Shown here in pieces: positions 40,767 to 48,870 of a stretch of DNA of 49,329 nt (position 1 is the stretch's first letter; every line of letters begins with the position of its first letter). The notes beneath the pieces are model-generated. The model was given only the letters and a program-made list of their open reading frames with translations, searched no databases and was not told the DNA's origin. The stretch covers positions 278,343-327,671 of the forward strand of contig CAVYYE010000009.1 of the NCBI GenBank assembly GCA_963772655.1, written 5' to 3'. The DNA comes from an uncultured delta proteobacterium (GTDB lineage: Bacteria > Myxococcota_A > Polyangia > Haliangiales > Haliangiaceae). Made by a program: the position numbers and the translations under genes.

Positions 40767-41453
40767 TCACTTCTGCTTCTTCACGATCTCGAGGTTCTTG
40801 CACGCCACCTGCGAGCCCAGCTTGCACGCCTTGCCGAGCAGCTCGATCGTCTTGGGCTTGTTCCTGGGCACGACCTTGCCCTCGAAGTACATGATGCCGA
40901 GCTCGGTGCAGCCGCGCGCCTGGTCGAGCTTGCACGAGCGCTGGAACAACCCGAACGCCTTCTGCAGATCCGGCTTCACGCCCTCGCCTTCGCGGTACAC
41001 GTTGCCGAGGTTGAAGCAGCCGAGCCCGTCGTCGAGCTTGCACGCCTTCTCGTAGAACCCGCGCGCCTTGACGTGATCGACCTTGGGTGCGCCTTCCTTA
41101 CCCTCCGACCACGACGTGCCGAGGTCGTTGCACGAACCGCCGTCGCCGAGCTTGCACGCCTTCTCGCGCAGCATGCGGGCCTTGGGAACGTCGCGCTTGC
41201 CGCCCTGCCCGAGCATCACCATCGTGCCGGCGAACCCGCAGCCCAGCGCGACCCCGAGCTTGCACGCCCGCAGGTAGAACCGCACCGCCTTGGCCTCGTC
41301 CTTGTCGGCCAGGTACTGCTGGCCGATCGTCAGGCACACCTTGCCGCGGCCGGCGCCGCACTGCTTGAGCTGCGCGCGCGTGGGGGCGTCCGCCCGCGCC
41401 ACCTGGGCCACCCCCAAGATCCCCGACAGCACGCATATCGCGATCGTCCTCAT
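40767..41453 (-). CDS. Sel1-repeat (HcpA/HcpC-like, Cys-rich) secreted protein
   Basis: Signal peptide, then six repeats of KACxLGxxxGCxxLGxxYxxGxGVxxD. Confidence 0.8.
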   Translation of the reverse strand: MRTIAICVLSGILGVAQVARADAPTRAQLKQCGAGRGKVCLTIGQQYLADKDEAKAVRFYLRACKLGVALGCGFAGTMVMLGQGGKRDVPKARMLREKACKLGDGGSCNDLGTSWSEGKEGAPKVDHVKARGFYEKACKLDDGLGCFNLGNVYREGEGVKPDLQKAFGLFQRSCKLDQARGCTELGIMYFEGKVVPRNKPKTIELLGKACKLGSQVACKNLEIVKKQK

Positions 41454-41559
41454 GCCCCGACCCTACCTCATGCCCCTCGCCGCACGGCGCCGCCCCCGGC
41501 GATGGCCACCGACACCCTTGTGCTCGGGCCCGGGGTATGGCATCAGTACGTCCCCGAAC

Positions 41560-41641
41560 GCGATTGTGGCGGAATTGGTAGACGCGCTGGATTCAGGTTC
41601 CAGTGGGTAACACCGTGGGGGTTCGAGTCCCCCCAATCGCA
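41560..41641 (+). tRNA. tRNA-Leu (CAG)
   Basis: Acceptor GCGATTG/CAATCGC, D-arm GCGGAATTGGTAGACGC, anticodon loop TTCAGGT, long variable arm, T-arm GGGGGTTCGAGTCCCCC. Nearly identical in its 5' half to E. coli tRNA-Leu(CAG). Confidence 0.85.
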
Positions 41642-41699
41642 CGACGCTCTTCGCCCCTTGGCAAAAGGGGCGAACGTCGTTTTCGGGCGTCCGGAAAAC

Positions 41700-42040
41700 G
41701 GACCGACCCGATTTCGTTTCCGGATTCGGAGGCACTGCGATGTAGCGCTCCAGTGGGTGACCGCTCGCCGAGCTTCTCGACCACGCGGCGCGAGCTCATC
41801 CGCTTCTGCGTTCCCGGCTGTACGTAGTGCGCGTGGGTGACCACCGCCGACGTGTGACCGAGCGCGCTCGCGACCGCGTGCGAGGACACCCCCGCCTCGG
41901 TCGCCAGCGTCGCGTGCAGTCCCCGCAGGCTGTGCACGCACACCCGCGGGATCTCCGCCTCGTCGCACAGCACGCCGAGCCAATGACGGAGCCACTGCCG
42001 GTTGCGCCGGTTGCCACGCGGCGTGACCTCGCGGGTGATC
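41700..42040 (-). pseudogene. tyrosine recombinase (phage integrase) C-terminal fragment, N-terminally truncated
   Basis: HSLRGLHATLATEAGVSSHAVASALGHTSAVVTHAHYVQ carries the HxLR...LGH...HY catalytic motifs. The coding frame upstream of ~42040 is replaced by rhs sequence. Lies just 3' of tRNA-Leu. Confidence 0.6.
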
Positions 42041-43272
42041 AGCTGCTCTTCGATCTCGAAAATGGCACGCAGGCCGTCAAGCACGTGTTTGCCGGCTCGA
42101 CGCGGGTCGCCAGCGAGTTGTCGAAGTTCGAAAGCGGCGAGGATCCGACCGCCCCCGACAGACCCGGCACTGCCTACTTCTTCCACTCCGACCATCTCGG
42201 TTCGACGTCAGTGCTGACCGACGAGAACGGAACTGTTCAGGAGTCGCTCGAGTACTTCTCCGATGGTGAGACGTGGATCGACCGCGGTCCGTCCAAGCCT
42301 ATCAACGGGTACCTGTTCAGTGGCAAGCCGTTCGATCCCGACTCGGGGTTCTATGACTTCGGGCAACGCTTCTATGAGCCGCGAACGAGCCTGTGGGTAG
42401 GAGTTGACTCAGCCCTTAGGGAAGAAGCCAACAGATCCATTGGCAACCCCTCTTTCCTTGCTTCACAGGCATACGCTGCCCACAAGCCCGTGACACTCGC
42501 AGATCCCGATGGGAGATGTCCGGGGTGCGTAATCGTCATATTTATTCTCCTAAACTCCGAGGGAGAAGCGGGTGAGAACGCAAAACCACATCCTACGAAT
42601 TGGCAAGTTCTCATGGGCGCGGTTACGACTGCGACGGCTGCTAAGTTCTTTATTGGGATAAACAATGCTGCTGCAGCGGGAGTATCATCCCGACTTGGCA
42701 CTGGAGTGGTTGCTCGGAGAGTGGCAGGCGCTGTCGGTGGAGCGGTAGGTGGTGCAGCTACGGGACCGGTTGCTGTTGCCGGCAACGACATTGCGCATGG
42801 CCAAATCAGTTCGCTGGGGACATATGCCAAGGCCGGGGCACTTGTGGGTGGACTCTCAGGTGCGATTTTCCCGGGAAGTGTAGGTACCCGAACAAGAATA
42901 GCGGTCGCCCGCGACCCCTTCTCGATTAAAGCAACGGTAGCTGGAGACGCAAGAGCGTTCGCACGGATTGAGGTCGAGGGTTCAGTAGCTAACGTGACCG
43001 ACGTATTTCGTGGCGGCCTTCCGCCAGGGGGTGGCTCCGACCTCGTAGCCGCGGCGCTCCGAGAATCTGGTGTAAAATCCGGCGGCCAACTTGTGTTCTC
43101 TAATATCCAAAACGCACCGACACAAGCCACGTTCGCCGCTGGGGGCAACCCGGCCACTTCGGTCCTTGGGCAGACGGGCACACGTGCCCTCAAACAACTC
43201 GGCTTGCGACCCAGCAACTTCGCCTTCCAAGAAGTTGGCGGGAAGCTCAACCTCGTCATAGGGATCCAGTGA
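41983..43272 (+). CDS. orphan rhs 3' fragment: end of the RHS core (..YFFHSDHLGS..PFDPDSGFYDFGQRFYEP..DPDG) plus a variable C-terminal toxin domain with a Gly/Ala-rich hydrophobic segment
   Basis: RHS repeat-associated core C-terminal signature followed by the DPDG demarcation, then a 250-aa CT containing VLMGAVTTATAAKFFIGINNAAAAGVSSRLGTGVVARRVAGAVGGAVGG. No N-terminal RHS body. An internal ATG at 41983 is a possible start. Confidence 0.6.
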   Translation: MTEPLPVAPVATRRDLAGDQLLFDLENGTQAVKHVFAGSTRVASELSKFESGEDPTAPDRPGTAYFFHSDHLGSTSVLTDENGTVQESLEYFSDGETWIDRGPSKPINGYLFSGKPFDPDSGFYDFGQRFYEPRTSLWVGVDSALREEANRSIGNPSFLASQAYAAHKPVTLADPDGRCPGCVIVIFILLNSEGEAGENAKPHPTNWQVLMGAVTTATAAKFFIGINNAAAAGVSSRLGTGVVARRVAGAVGGAVGGAATGPVAVAGNDIAHGQISSLGTYAKAGALVGGLSGAIFPGSVGTRTRIAVARDPFSIKATVAGDARAFARIEVEGSVANVTDVFRGGLPPGGGSDLVAAALRESGVKSGGQLVFSNIQNAPTQATFAAGGNPATSVLGQTGTRALKQLGLRPSNFAFQEVGGKLNLVIGIQ

Positions 43273-43622
43273 AGTACTTCTCAGATACAGATGCGCGCCT
43301 CATCGAAGCGCTGAAGCTAGACCCCAATGCCGAGCCTGGTTTTGAGGTCCTCAAGGGTTGTCTGATCTGGTCGGATGAAGTGCCCGAAGGACTATCTCGG
43401 TCTGGGCACGAGCGCCTCAATGATCTGCTTGCTGCTCGGGGATTAATGCACCTCGGACAAGACCTGTCACAAATCCCAGAGCCATATCGAAACGCCTGGT
43501 TGGCAGCCACGGATTCCAAAATCGCCTGGCCGGGATTTCAGCGTCTTGTCCTCTCACCTGCAGAACGTCGGTATTTGGAGAATGAGATTCGATTGCTGGA
43601 AGAGTGGGACGGACCGCTGTGA
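43269..43622 (+). CDS. putative immunity protein for the rhs-CT toxin (hypothetical)
   Basis: 117 aa in lower-GC DNA. Start overlaps the toxin stop (GTGA). Confidence 0.4.
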   Translation: MKYFSDTDARLIEALKLDPNAEPGFEVLKGCLIWSDEVPEGLSRSGHERLNDLLAARGLMHLGQDLSQIPEPYRNAWLAATDSKIAWPGFQRLVLSPAERRYLENEIRLLEEWDGPL

Positions 43623-43625
43623 CTT

Positions 43626-44876
43626 GTGAGAGTTGAAATGCAGAGCCCTCAATGCTCTCGGAGAGACCAACAACGCTCTGGCTCTTATCGGCGGCCAATG
43701 GATCCCATTCTGAGAACCATCGCAATGGTGGATAGAGACATCGACATATCTGCGGTTCTCGCAGAGCCGCATAGTGAATCGGTTCGTCAAGTGTATGCGG
43801 ATTCCTTGTTGGAACGCGGCAATCCGAGAGGTGAGTTTATCAGCCTTCAGCTAGCTGCCGCGCGAGGCTCGAGAGATTCCCAAGCAGGTCAACGCGAAAG
43901 CGTGCTACTCAGCAGATACTCTCAACAGTGGATGTTCCATCCGGAATGGTGGCATTTGCGATGGAAACAGGGATTCGCAGATACACTCGAGGCCGGTTTT
44001 CTAGAGCCTTCTGCATCGCTCAATCCCGCCACAACCGATTTTCTTCGATCCCATGGGGTTCTGAACGAGCGTGACAAATGGGAAGGCTGTTTTCTTGAGA
44101 ACTTCTTTTCATTAGTCGAAGCCCGCCTGCTCACCAGTGCGCACATAGTTCTGACAGACTTCATTCAATCAGCTGCCGCCTTGGTAAACGCCATGGGCGC
44201 CAATGGACCACTTCGGCTTTCGAGATTGACTGTGGAATCCCGTTACGCACGACTGGGTCCTCAGTCAACAGCAGTATCATCAACATTTCAGGGACTGGCA
44301 TTTCCATCGCCAGGCACTCAAGGCTGGCCGCTTGTTTCCTCGTCGGCGCTCTCAAGATTCAGCAAAGCAACGCCGTTCCTTAGCGAACTACGTTTGGCGC
44401 TGCCGGGGTTCCTTAGCAGCTTTCAACATGCGCAGCTACAGAGGCTTAAGATCTACGGACACCGGACCATCTCGGATTCTGATAACAATATTGTGATTGA
44501 CGCAAGGAGTCTGCGCTCGCTGGAACTTACTATCGACACACCAATCGATGAGTCGCCGGTACTTCCCGTGGAATCATTGGTTCTCGACCCTGACAGGCTG
44601 CCGAGGCTGCAAGAACTTGCACTCTGCGGTGGCGAGTATGTCACCTCCGAGAAGACGGTAGCCCGTTGGGTCGCTGGCCAGCCGATACTTCGTCAACTGC
44701 GAGTTCTGTGGATCCCGGAGATTTCCGATCAGGACGACGCAGCGTCGTTGGGGCAACGATTTCGACATCTCGATCGGATCGTAGTCCAACGAGTTGGACA
44801 ACCACGCTCGTTGCTCGAACAACACCTTCCGCAACTCCGTGTTTTACCACAAGTAGCTTGCTGGACACCTAGCTAG
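43626..44876 (+). CDS. TIGR02996 (repeat-companion) domain protein with C-terminal LRR-like repeats
   Basis: N-terminus ILRTIAMVDRDIDISAVLAEPHSESVRQVYADSLLERGNPRGEFISLQ matches the Gemmata-type TIGR02996 domain. C-terminal LxxLxL repeats. Lower GC. The alternative start MDPILRTIA at 43698 is more likely. Confidence 0.5.
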   Translation: MRVEMQSPQCSRRDQQRSGSYRRPMDPILRTIAMVDRDIDISAVLAEPHSESVRQVYADSLLERGNPRGEFISLQLAAARGSRDSQAGQRESVLLSRYSQQWMFHPEWWHLRWKQGFADTLEAGFLEPSASLNPATTDFLRSHGVLNERDKWEGCFLENFFSLVEARLLTSAHIVLTDFIQSAAALVNAMGANGPLRLSRLTVESRYARLGPQSTAVSSTFQGLAFPSPGTQGWPLVSSSALSRFSKATPFLSELRLALPGFLSSFQHAQLQRLKIYGHRTISDSDNNIVIDARSLRSLELTIDTPIDESPVLPVESLVLDPDRLPRLQELALCGGEYVTSEKTVARWVAGQPILRQLRVLWIPEISDQDDAASLGQRFRHLDRIVVQRVGQPRSLLEQHLPQLRVLPQVACWTPS

Positions 44877-44890
44877 ATTGCGGTGCAAAA

Positions 44891-44913
44891 CAGCCACGCA
44901 AGTGGCTGGATTT
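44891..44913 (+). terminator. candidate rho-independent terminator
   Basis: Stem CAGCCAC / GTGGCTG, loop GCAA, then GATTTCG. Confidence 0.3.
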
Positions 44914-44999
44914 CGATCATGTCACCGTCGGGAGCACGTCCGAATCGACGCTTCCGGATCGACACCGATCGCTGAATGTGATCAGTAGTGATGGATGAC

Positions 45000-45335
45000 G
45001 GCACGACGACGGCGTGGGCAGACGTCCTTCAATGACTGGTTCGCGTTCGGAGGAGTTCCTCGGCCCGAGGAGCTGATGGATCCGGTGCTCAAGCAGCTCG
45101 ACGGAGTGCTCGATGACGAGGGTCTGGTCGATCGCGTCTTTGCGGCGCTCTCGAAGCGCCACCAGGAAAGTGCTCGCACTGGGCGACCGAGCACGCCGGC
45201 GGAGGTGGTGCTGCGAATGCTGGTGCTCAAGCACCTTCGCGGCTGGAGCTACGAGCGCTACGAGCAGCTGCAGTGGGAGGTGACGGGCAATTTCCTGTAT
45301 CGCCGGTTCTGTCGCATCGACGGAGGCGACCACAT
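45000..45335 (+). pseudogene. IS5/IS1182-family transposase N-terminal (InsH_N / DUF772) fragment
   Basis: VVLRMLVLKHLRGWSYERYEQLQWEVTGNFLYRRFCRI matches the DUF772 motif. Ends abruptly at 45330, fused in frame to a duplicated toxin segment. Confidence 0.5.
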
Positions 45336-45579
45336 CCTACGAATTTGGCAGCTCCTCATGGGCGCGGTTACGACTGCGACGGCTGCCAAGTTCTTTATTG
45401 GAATAAACAATGCTATTGCAGCGGGAGTATCCTCCCGACTTGGCACTGGAGTGGTTGCGCGAAGAGTGGCGGGCGCTGTCGGTGGTGCTGTAGGTGGTGC
45501 AGTTACGGGACCGGTTGCTGTTGCCGGCAACGACATTGCACACGGCCAAATCAGTTCGCTGGGGACATATGCCAAGGCC
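45331..45579 (+). repeat. ~250-bp duplicate (~93% identical) of the rhs-CT toxin hydrophobic segment 42587..42834
   Basis: Direct comparison: cacatcctacgaat...catatgccaaggcc is shared, with a 1-nt indel and a few substitutions. Downstream it continues as a different short C-terminus (..APLLGALVGGFFGAAFHRKPHQQQMSPT, stop 45663). Confidence 0.8.
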
Positions 45580-45815
45580 CCGCTATTGGGCGCTCTCGTG
45601 GGCGGATTTTTTGGTGCGGCTTTCCATCGGAAGCCTCACCAACAACAGATGTCACCAACGTAACTCGCTGGGGACGAAAAGGGCTTGAATCAGGTGATTG
45701 GGTGATGAAAGGTGAGAACACCTACGGTAACTACCTCAAGTCCGGTAAGTTTCAGCCTAGGTGGCAGTGACCTGCCCGGGTTCTGCGGACCATCGGGATC
45801 TAGAAGATTGCGCTC

Positions 45816-46670
45816 CTAGTTGAAGTGCTGTGTAGCGGACTCTTCGGTTGCCTGTTTCCTCTTGAACTCGATCGGAGTCAAGTAGTCGAGGCTGGAGTGT
45901 GGCCGCACCTCGTTGTAGTGACGTCGCCACGCCTCGATGACGACGACCGCTTCGGTGCGGCAGCGGAACCATTCGAGGCTCAGGCACTCGTCGCGCAGCT
46001 TGCCGTTGAAGCTCTCGTCGAGCCCGTTCTGCCACGGCTTGCCCGGATCGATGAAGGCTGTCTCGATCCCCTCGTCGGCGAGCCACTGCAGGATCGCTCT
46101 CGCGACGAACTCGGGGCCGTTGTCGGAGCGCAGATAGCGAGGTGCGCCGTGGACGCTGACGAGCCGTGCGAGCACCTCGATGACCCGTCGAGACCGAATC
46201 GCGCCGGCGACGTCGATCGCGAGACACTCGCGCGTCCACTCGTCGACGACGGTGAGGCACTTGAGCTGGCGGCCGTCGGCGCAGGCGTCGAACACGAAGT
46301 CGATCGCCCACACGTGATTCTTCGCCGTCGGCGGGGTCGGCCGAGGTCGTCCCGTGGCGATACGTCGACGAGGTCGCTTGCGTGGGACCTGGAGCTTGGC
46401 CTTCTTCCACAGGCGATGGACCCGATCGGCACTGATCGGCTTGCCGAGCGCCCGCGCGAGGAAGATCCGGATGCGGCGATAGCCGTATCGCGGGTACTGC
46501 GCCGAGAGCTCGCGCATCTTGGCGATCACCGGCGCGTCGAGCTCGTCGCGCTTGGACTCGTACTCGAGCGTCGACCTCGCCGTGTCGAGCAGCGCGCACG
46601 CTCGTCGCTCCGACAGGCCGCGCCGTTTGGCGTACGCGACCTGCCGGCGACGGACGGGCGCGCTCACCAT
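45816..46670 (-). CDS. IS3-family transposase OrfB (rve integrase core); OrfAB fusion by programmed -1 frameshift
   Basis: A AAA AAA at 46671-46677 (minus strand) followed by ATG GTG in the -1 frame. DDE core motifs. Also has its own ATG at 46670. Confidence 0.8.
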   Translation of the reverse strand: MVSAPVRRRQVAYAKRRGLSERRACALLDTARSTLEYESKRDELDAPVIAKMRELSAQYPRYGYRRIRIFLARALGKPISADRVHRLWKKAKLQVPRKRPRRRIATGRPRPTPPTAKNHVWAIDFVFDACADGRQLKCLTVVDEWTRECLAIDVAGAIRSRRVIEVLARLVSVHGAPRYLRSDNGPEFVARAILQWLADEGIETAFIDPGKPWQNGLDESFNGKLRDECLSLEWFRCRTEAVVVIEAWRRHYNEVRPHSSLDYLTPIEFKRKQATEESATQHFN

Positions 46671-46927
46671 TTTTTTGCGTGGATCTCCTTGAGCACGTCG
46701 ATCTCGAGCAGCCGATCGGCGAGCAGCTTCTTGAGCTTGGCGTTCTCGCCCTCGAGCGCGCGGAGCCGTTTGGCGTCGTCGGCGTTCATCGTGCCGAACC
46801 TGCGCTTCCACGCATACAAGGTCGGCACGCTGACCTTGTGCTTCTTGGCGACCTCGGCGACCGGGTGCGCATCGGTCTCGCGGAGGATCTGGACCATCTG
46901 CTCGTCGGTGAATCGGCTCTTCTTCAT
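46664..46927 (-). CDS. IS3-family transposase OrfA (HTH)
   Basis: MKKSRFTDEQMVQILRE..LKKLLADRLLEIDVLKEIHAKKW. Ends at the A7 tract. Confidence 0.8.
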   Translation of the reverse strand: MKKSRFTDEQMVQILRETDAHPVAEVAKKHKVSVPTLYAWKRRFGTMNADDAKRLRALEGENAKLKKLLADRLLEIDVLKEIHAKKW

Positions 46928-47007
46928 CGCGGACTCCGTTTCGTCAGGACGGAGCGTCAACTTTCTCGATCAGGCTGGCCAGTTTTTGGCCGGGCAGGTC
47001 AGCACCT

Positions 47008-47069
47008 GAGGACACCCCCGCCTCGGTCGCCAGCGTCGCGTGCAGTCCACGCAGGCTGTGCACGCACAT
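47008..47069 (-). repeat. 62-bp copy of the integrase segment 41883..41944 (encodes CVHSLRGLHATLATEAGVSS), one mismatch
   Basis: Direct sequence identity. Bounded by the IS3 end on one side and rhs core sequence on the other. Confidence 0.8.
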
Positions 47070-47070
47070 C

Positions 47071-48096
47071 GAGCTCCACTTCCACGGCCTTGCCAACAAT
47101 CTGCTCGCTTCGGTCGCCTACGACGGAACCGTGCGAGCGAACTTCCGCTACTCACCGTTCGGCGAAGTCATCGAGGCACAGGGCACCGTTCCTGGCTCCC
47201 TCACTCGGCGCTTCAACGACAAGCACCAAGACGCCGTCAGCGAGCTCCACTACTACGGGCTCAGATACTACGATCCCCTAAGCCTCACGTGGACGCAAGC
47301 CGATCCCCTGTTTCGATTCGTCCCGGATCTCGCGAAACAATCTACGCCCCGACGCGCGCATCTGTACGAGTTCAGCCTCAACAACCCGGTACGCTACATT
47401 GATCCGGACGGAGCAAACCCGGCTCCAGTCCCCGTACCGGAGAGTCCGCAAACCCTCCAACAACGGGCGCTTGCTTCACGCATCGCTGATGAGGACTGGA
47501 CAATAAAGTTTGCGGAGGTCCCCGCCGGAACGTACTCATCGCCCAATCTGTTCGACACGAGCTGCCAGCCGCCAAGCTGCTATAACGACGTCCACCAAGA
47601 CAACTTCGATGATCCGAACGCCACGATGGCGATGCAGACCATCGATCCTCAGTATCGTGATTACTGGTTTCAGGATCCGGGATGGATCGTTAAGGGACCA
47701 GCACTAATCATTGGAATAGTCGCCGTTGGTTTGGAGCTAGGGGTGGGAGAGGGTATCGCGATTGGCAGAGGTGCTGCAACCACTACCGCGACGACTGGAG
47801 AAGCGATAACCGCCGATACCGTCCAGAACGCTGTCGCTAATTCCTGTATGCTCAGCCAGCAGACAACGGTCTCACTTCCCGTCGTTGAGAACTACGTACA
47901 GCGACTTCTCGGAGGAGAAGTTGCTCCTGCAATTAGAGTCGCAGGCAACGTAATCGTCGATGGAGTGCATCGATACGTGGCAGGCAGTATCGTCGGACAA
48001 TTGCCCGCGACAATGGAGTGGGCTGCCCCAATGAGTGCCAACCTCTATCCTGTATGCAAACTCGGGGTTGACGTTGTAGACTGGGGCAACAGATGA
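47071..48096 (+). CDS. second orphan rhs 3' fragment with a different C-terminal toxin domain
   Basis: ..YSPFGEV..RRFNDKHQDAVSELHYYGLRYYDPLSLTWTQADPL..NPVRYIDPDG is the canonical RHS core end. The 230-aa CT is unrelated to the first. Lower GC. No proper start (GTG at 47131 is possible). Confidence 0.6.
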   Translation, partial: ELHFHGLANNLLASVAYDGTVRANFRYSPFGEVIEAQGTVPGSLTRRFNDKHQDAVSELHYYGLRYYDPLSLTWTQADPLFRFVPDLAKQSTPRRAHLYEFSLNNPVRYIDPDGANPAPVPVPESPQTLQQRALASRIADEDWTIKFAEVPAGTYSSPNLFDTSCQPPSCYNDVHQDNFDDPNATMAMQTIDPQYRDYWFQDPGWIVKGPALIIGIVAVGLELGVGEGIAIGRGAATTTATTGEAITADTVQNAVANSCMLSQQTTVSLPVVENYVQRLLGGEVAPAIRVAGNVIVDGVHRYVAGSIVGQLPATMEWAAPMSANLYPVCKLGVDVVDWGNR

Positions 48097-48533
48097 TTCG
48101 AATTTTCTGTGATACTGGGAAACACGTCATCATTAATACTGACACCTTGGTGGGAGCCGATCTGCGCGGACGGGATCTTCACCGTGCTCGGCTCAGCAAC
48201 ATTGATCTGACTGGTGCTCAACTCACAGACGCTAATTTGCGTGGTGCGCTCCTCAACGGAGCTGTCCTGGTTGGTGCAGATTTGGAGCGAGCGAGACTGA
48301 TGGCGGCGCAGTTGGTAGGAGCAAACCTCTGCGGAGCCAATCTAAAGCAAGCCTGGCTCAATGCCGCGATCTTGAAGAACGCGAGTCTCCAGAAAGCAGA
48401 CATGCGTGAAGCACGTTTGGACCACGCGACCTTGGAAGGTTCAGATCTGACGCACGCGAAGCTAAGCCGCAACGCTCTAACCGTCGCCAGTAACGCAGAC
48501 GTGCTCGGTTTAGAGTTGGTGGAATGGGAATGA
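48093..48533 (+). CDS. pentapeptide-repeat protein (candidate immunity protein)
   Basis: Tandem A(D/N)LxG pentapeptides (ADLRGRDLHRARLSNIDLTGAQLTDANLRGALLNGAVLVGADL...). ATG overlaps the toxin stop (ATGA). Confidence 0.7.
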   Translation: MIRIFCDTGKHVIINTDTLVGADLRGRDLHRARLSNIDLTGAQLTDANLRGALLNGAVLVGADLERARLMAAQLVGANLCGANLKQAWLNAAILKNASLQKADMREARLDHATLEGSDLTHAKLSRNALTVASNADVLGLELVEWE

Positions 48534-48870
48534 ACACGCTGATACGATCGAGTGTGAGCGAGCGCGGTACGTGAGGCTGTGACTCGTGTGACTCCCATCG
48601 TGATCACGCCGCCACCCGAACCGACTTGCGCAGGTGTCCGATCGCTGGAGCACACAGTGTCCTTGCGGCTGTGAGCGTCCGGTGAACCGCACCCGGAGCG
48701 GTCTTCGGAGTCCCTTTCGCACGCGCCGTGGGTGTCAAGAGGCGGGTGTACTGGCCGCGCAAAGGGCGGCCAAACTGGCCGCGTGATCGAGTGTTCGCCG
48801 GCGCGATGATCGGCGTGTTCGACTCCACGCAAAGAGGCGGCCAAACTGGCCGTCACGCCGCTCGGCCGAC

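Larger units (their letters stand above)
45768..47001 (-). mobile_element. IS3-family insertion sequence, complete copy (orfA + orfB, A7 slippery site)
   Basis: Ends TGACCTGCCCGG...CCGGGCAGGTCA (12-bp terminal inverted repeat). OrfA has an HTH. OrfB has a DDE/rve integrase core (DNGPEF, HSSLDYLTP). 1234 bp. Confidence 0.85.

Noticed and set aside
41593-42195. Treating the whole 200-aa minus ORF as an intact integrase
   Set aside because: Only the C-terminal ~110 aa carry integrase motifs. The 5' portion overlaps rhs-coding sequence on the other strand and the ORF runs into the tRNA-Leu gene, so it is a truncated remnant.
45765-47004. 3-bp target-site duplication for IS3 copy 1
   Set aside because: Flanks read cag / gca depending on the exact end definition. 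No unambiguous direct repeat, so a target-site duplication is not claimed.
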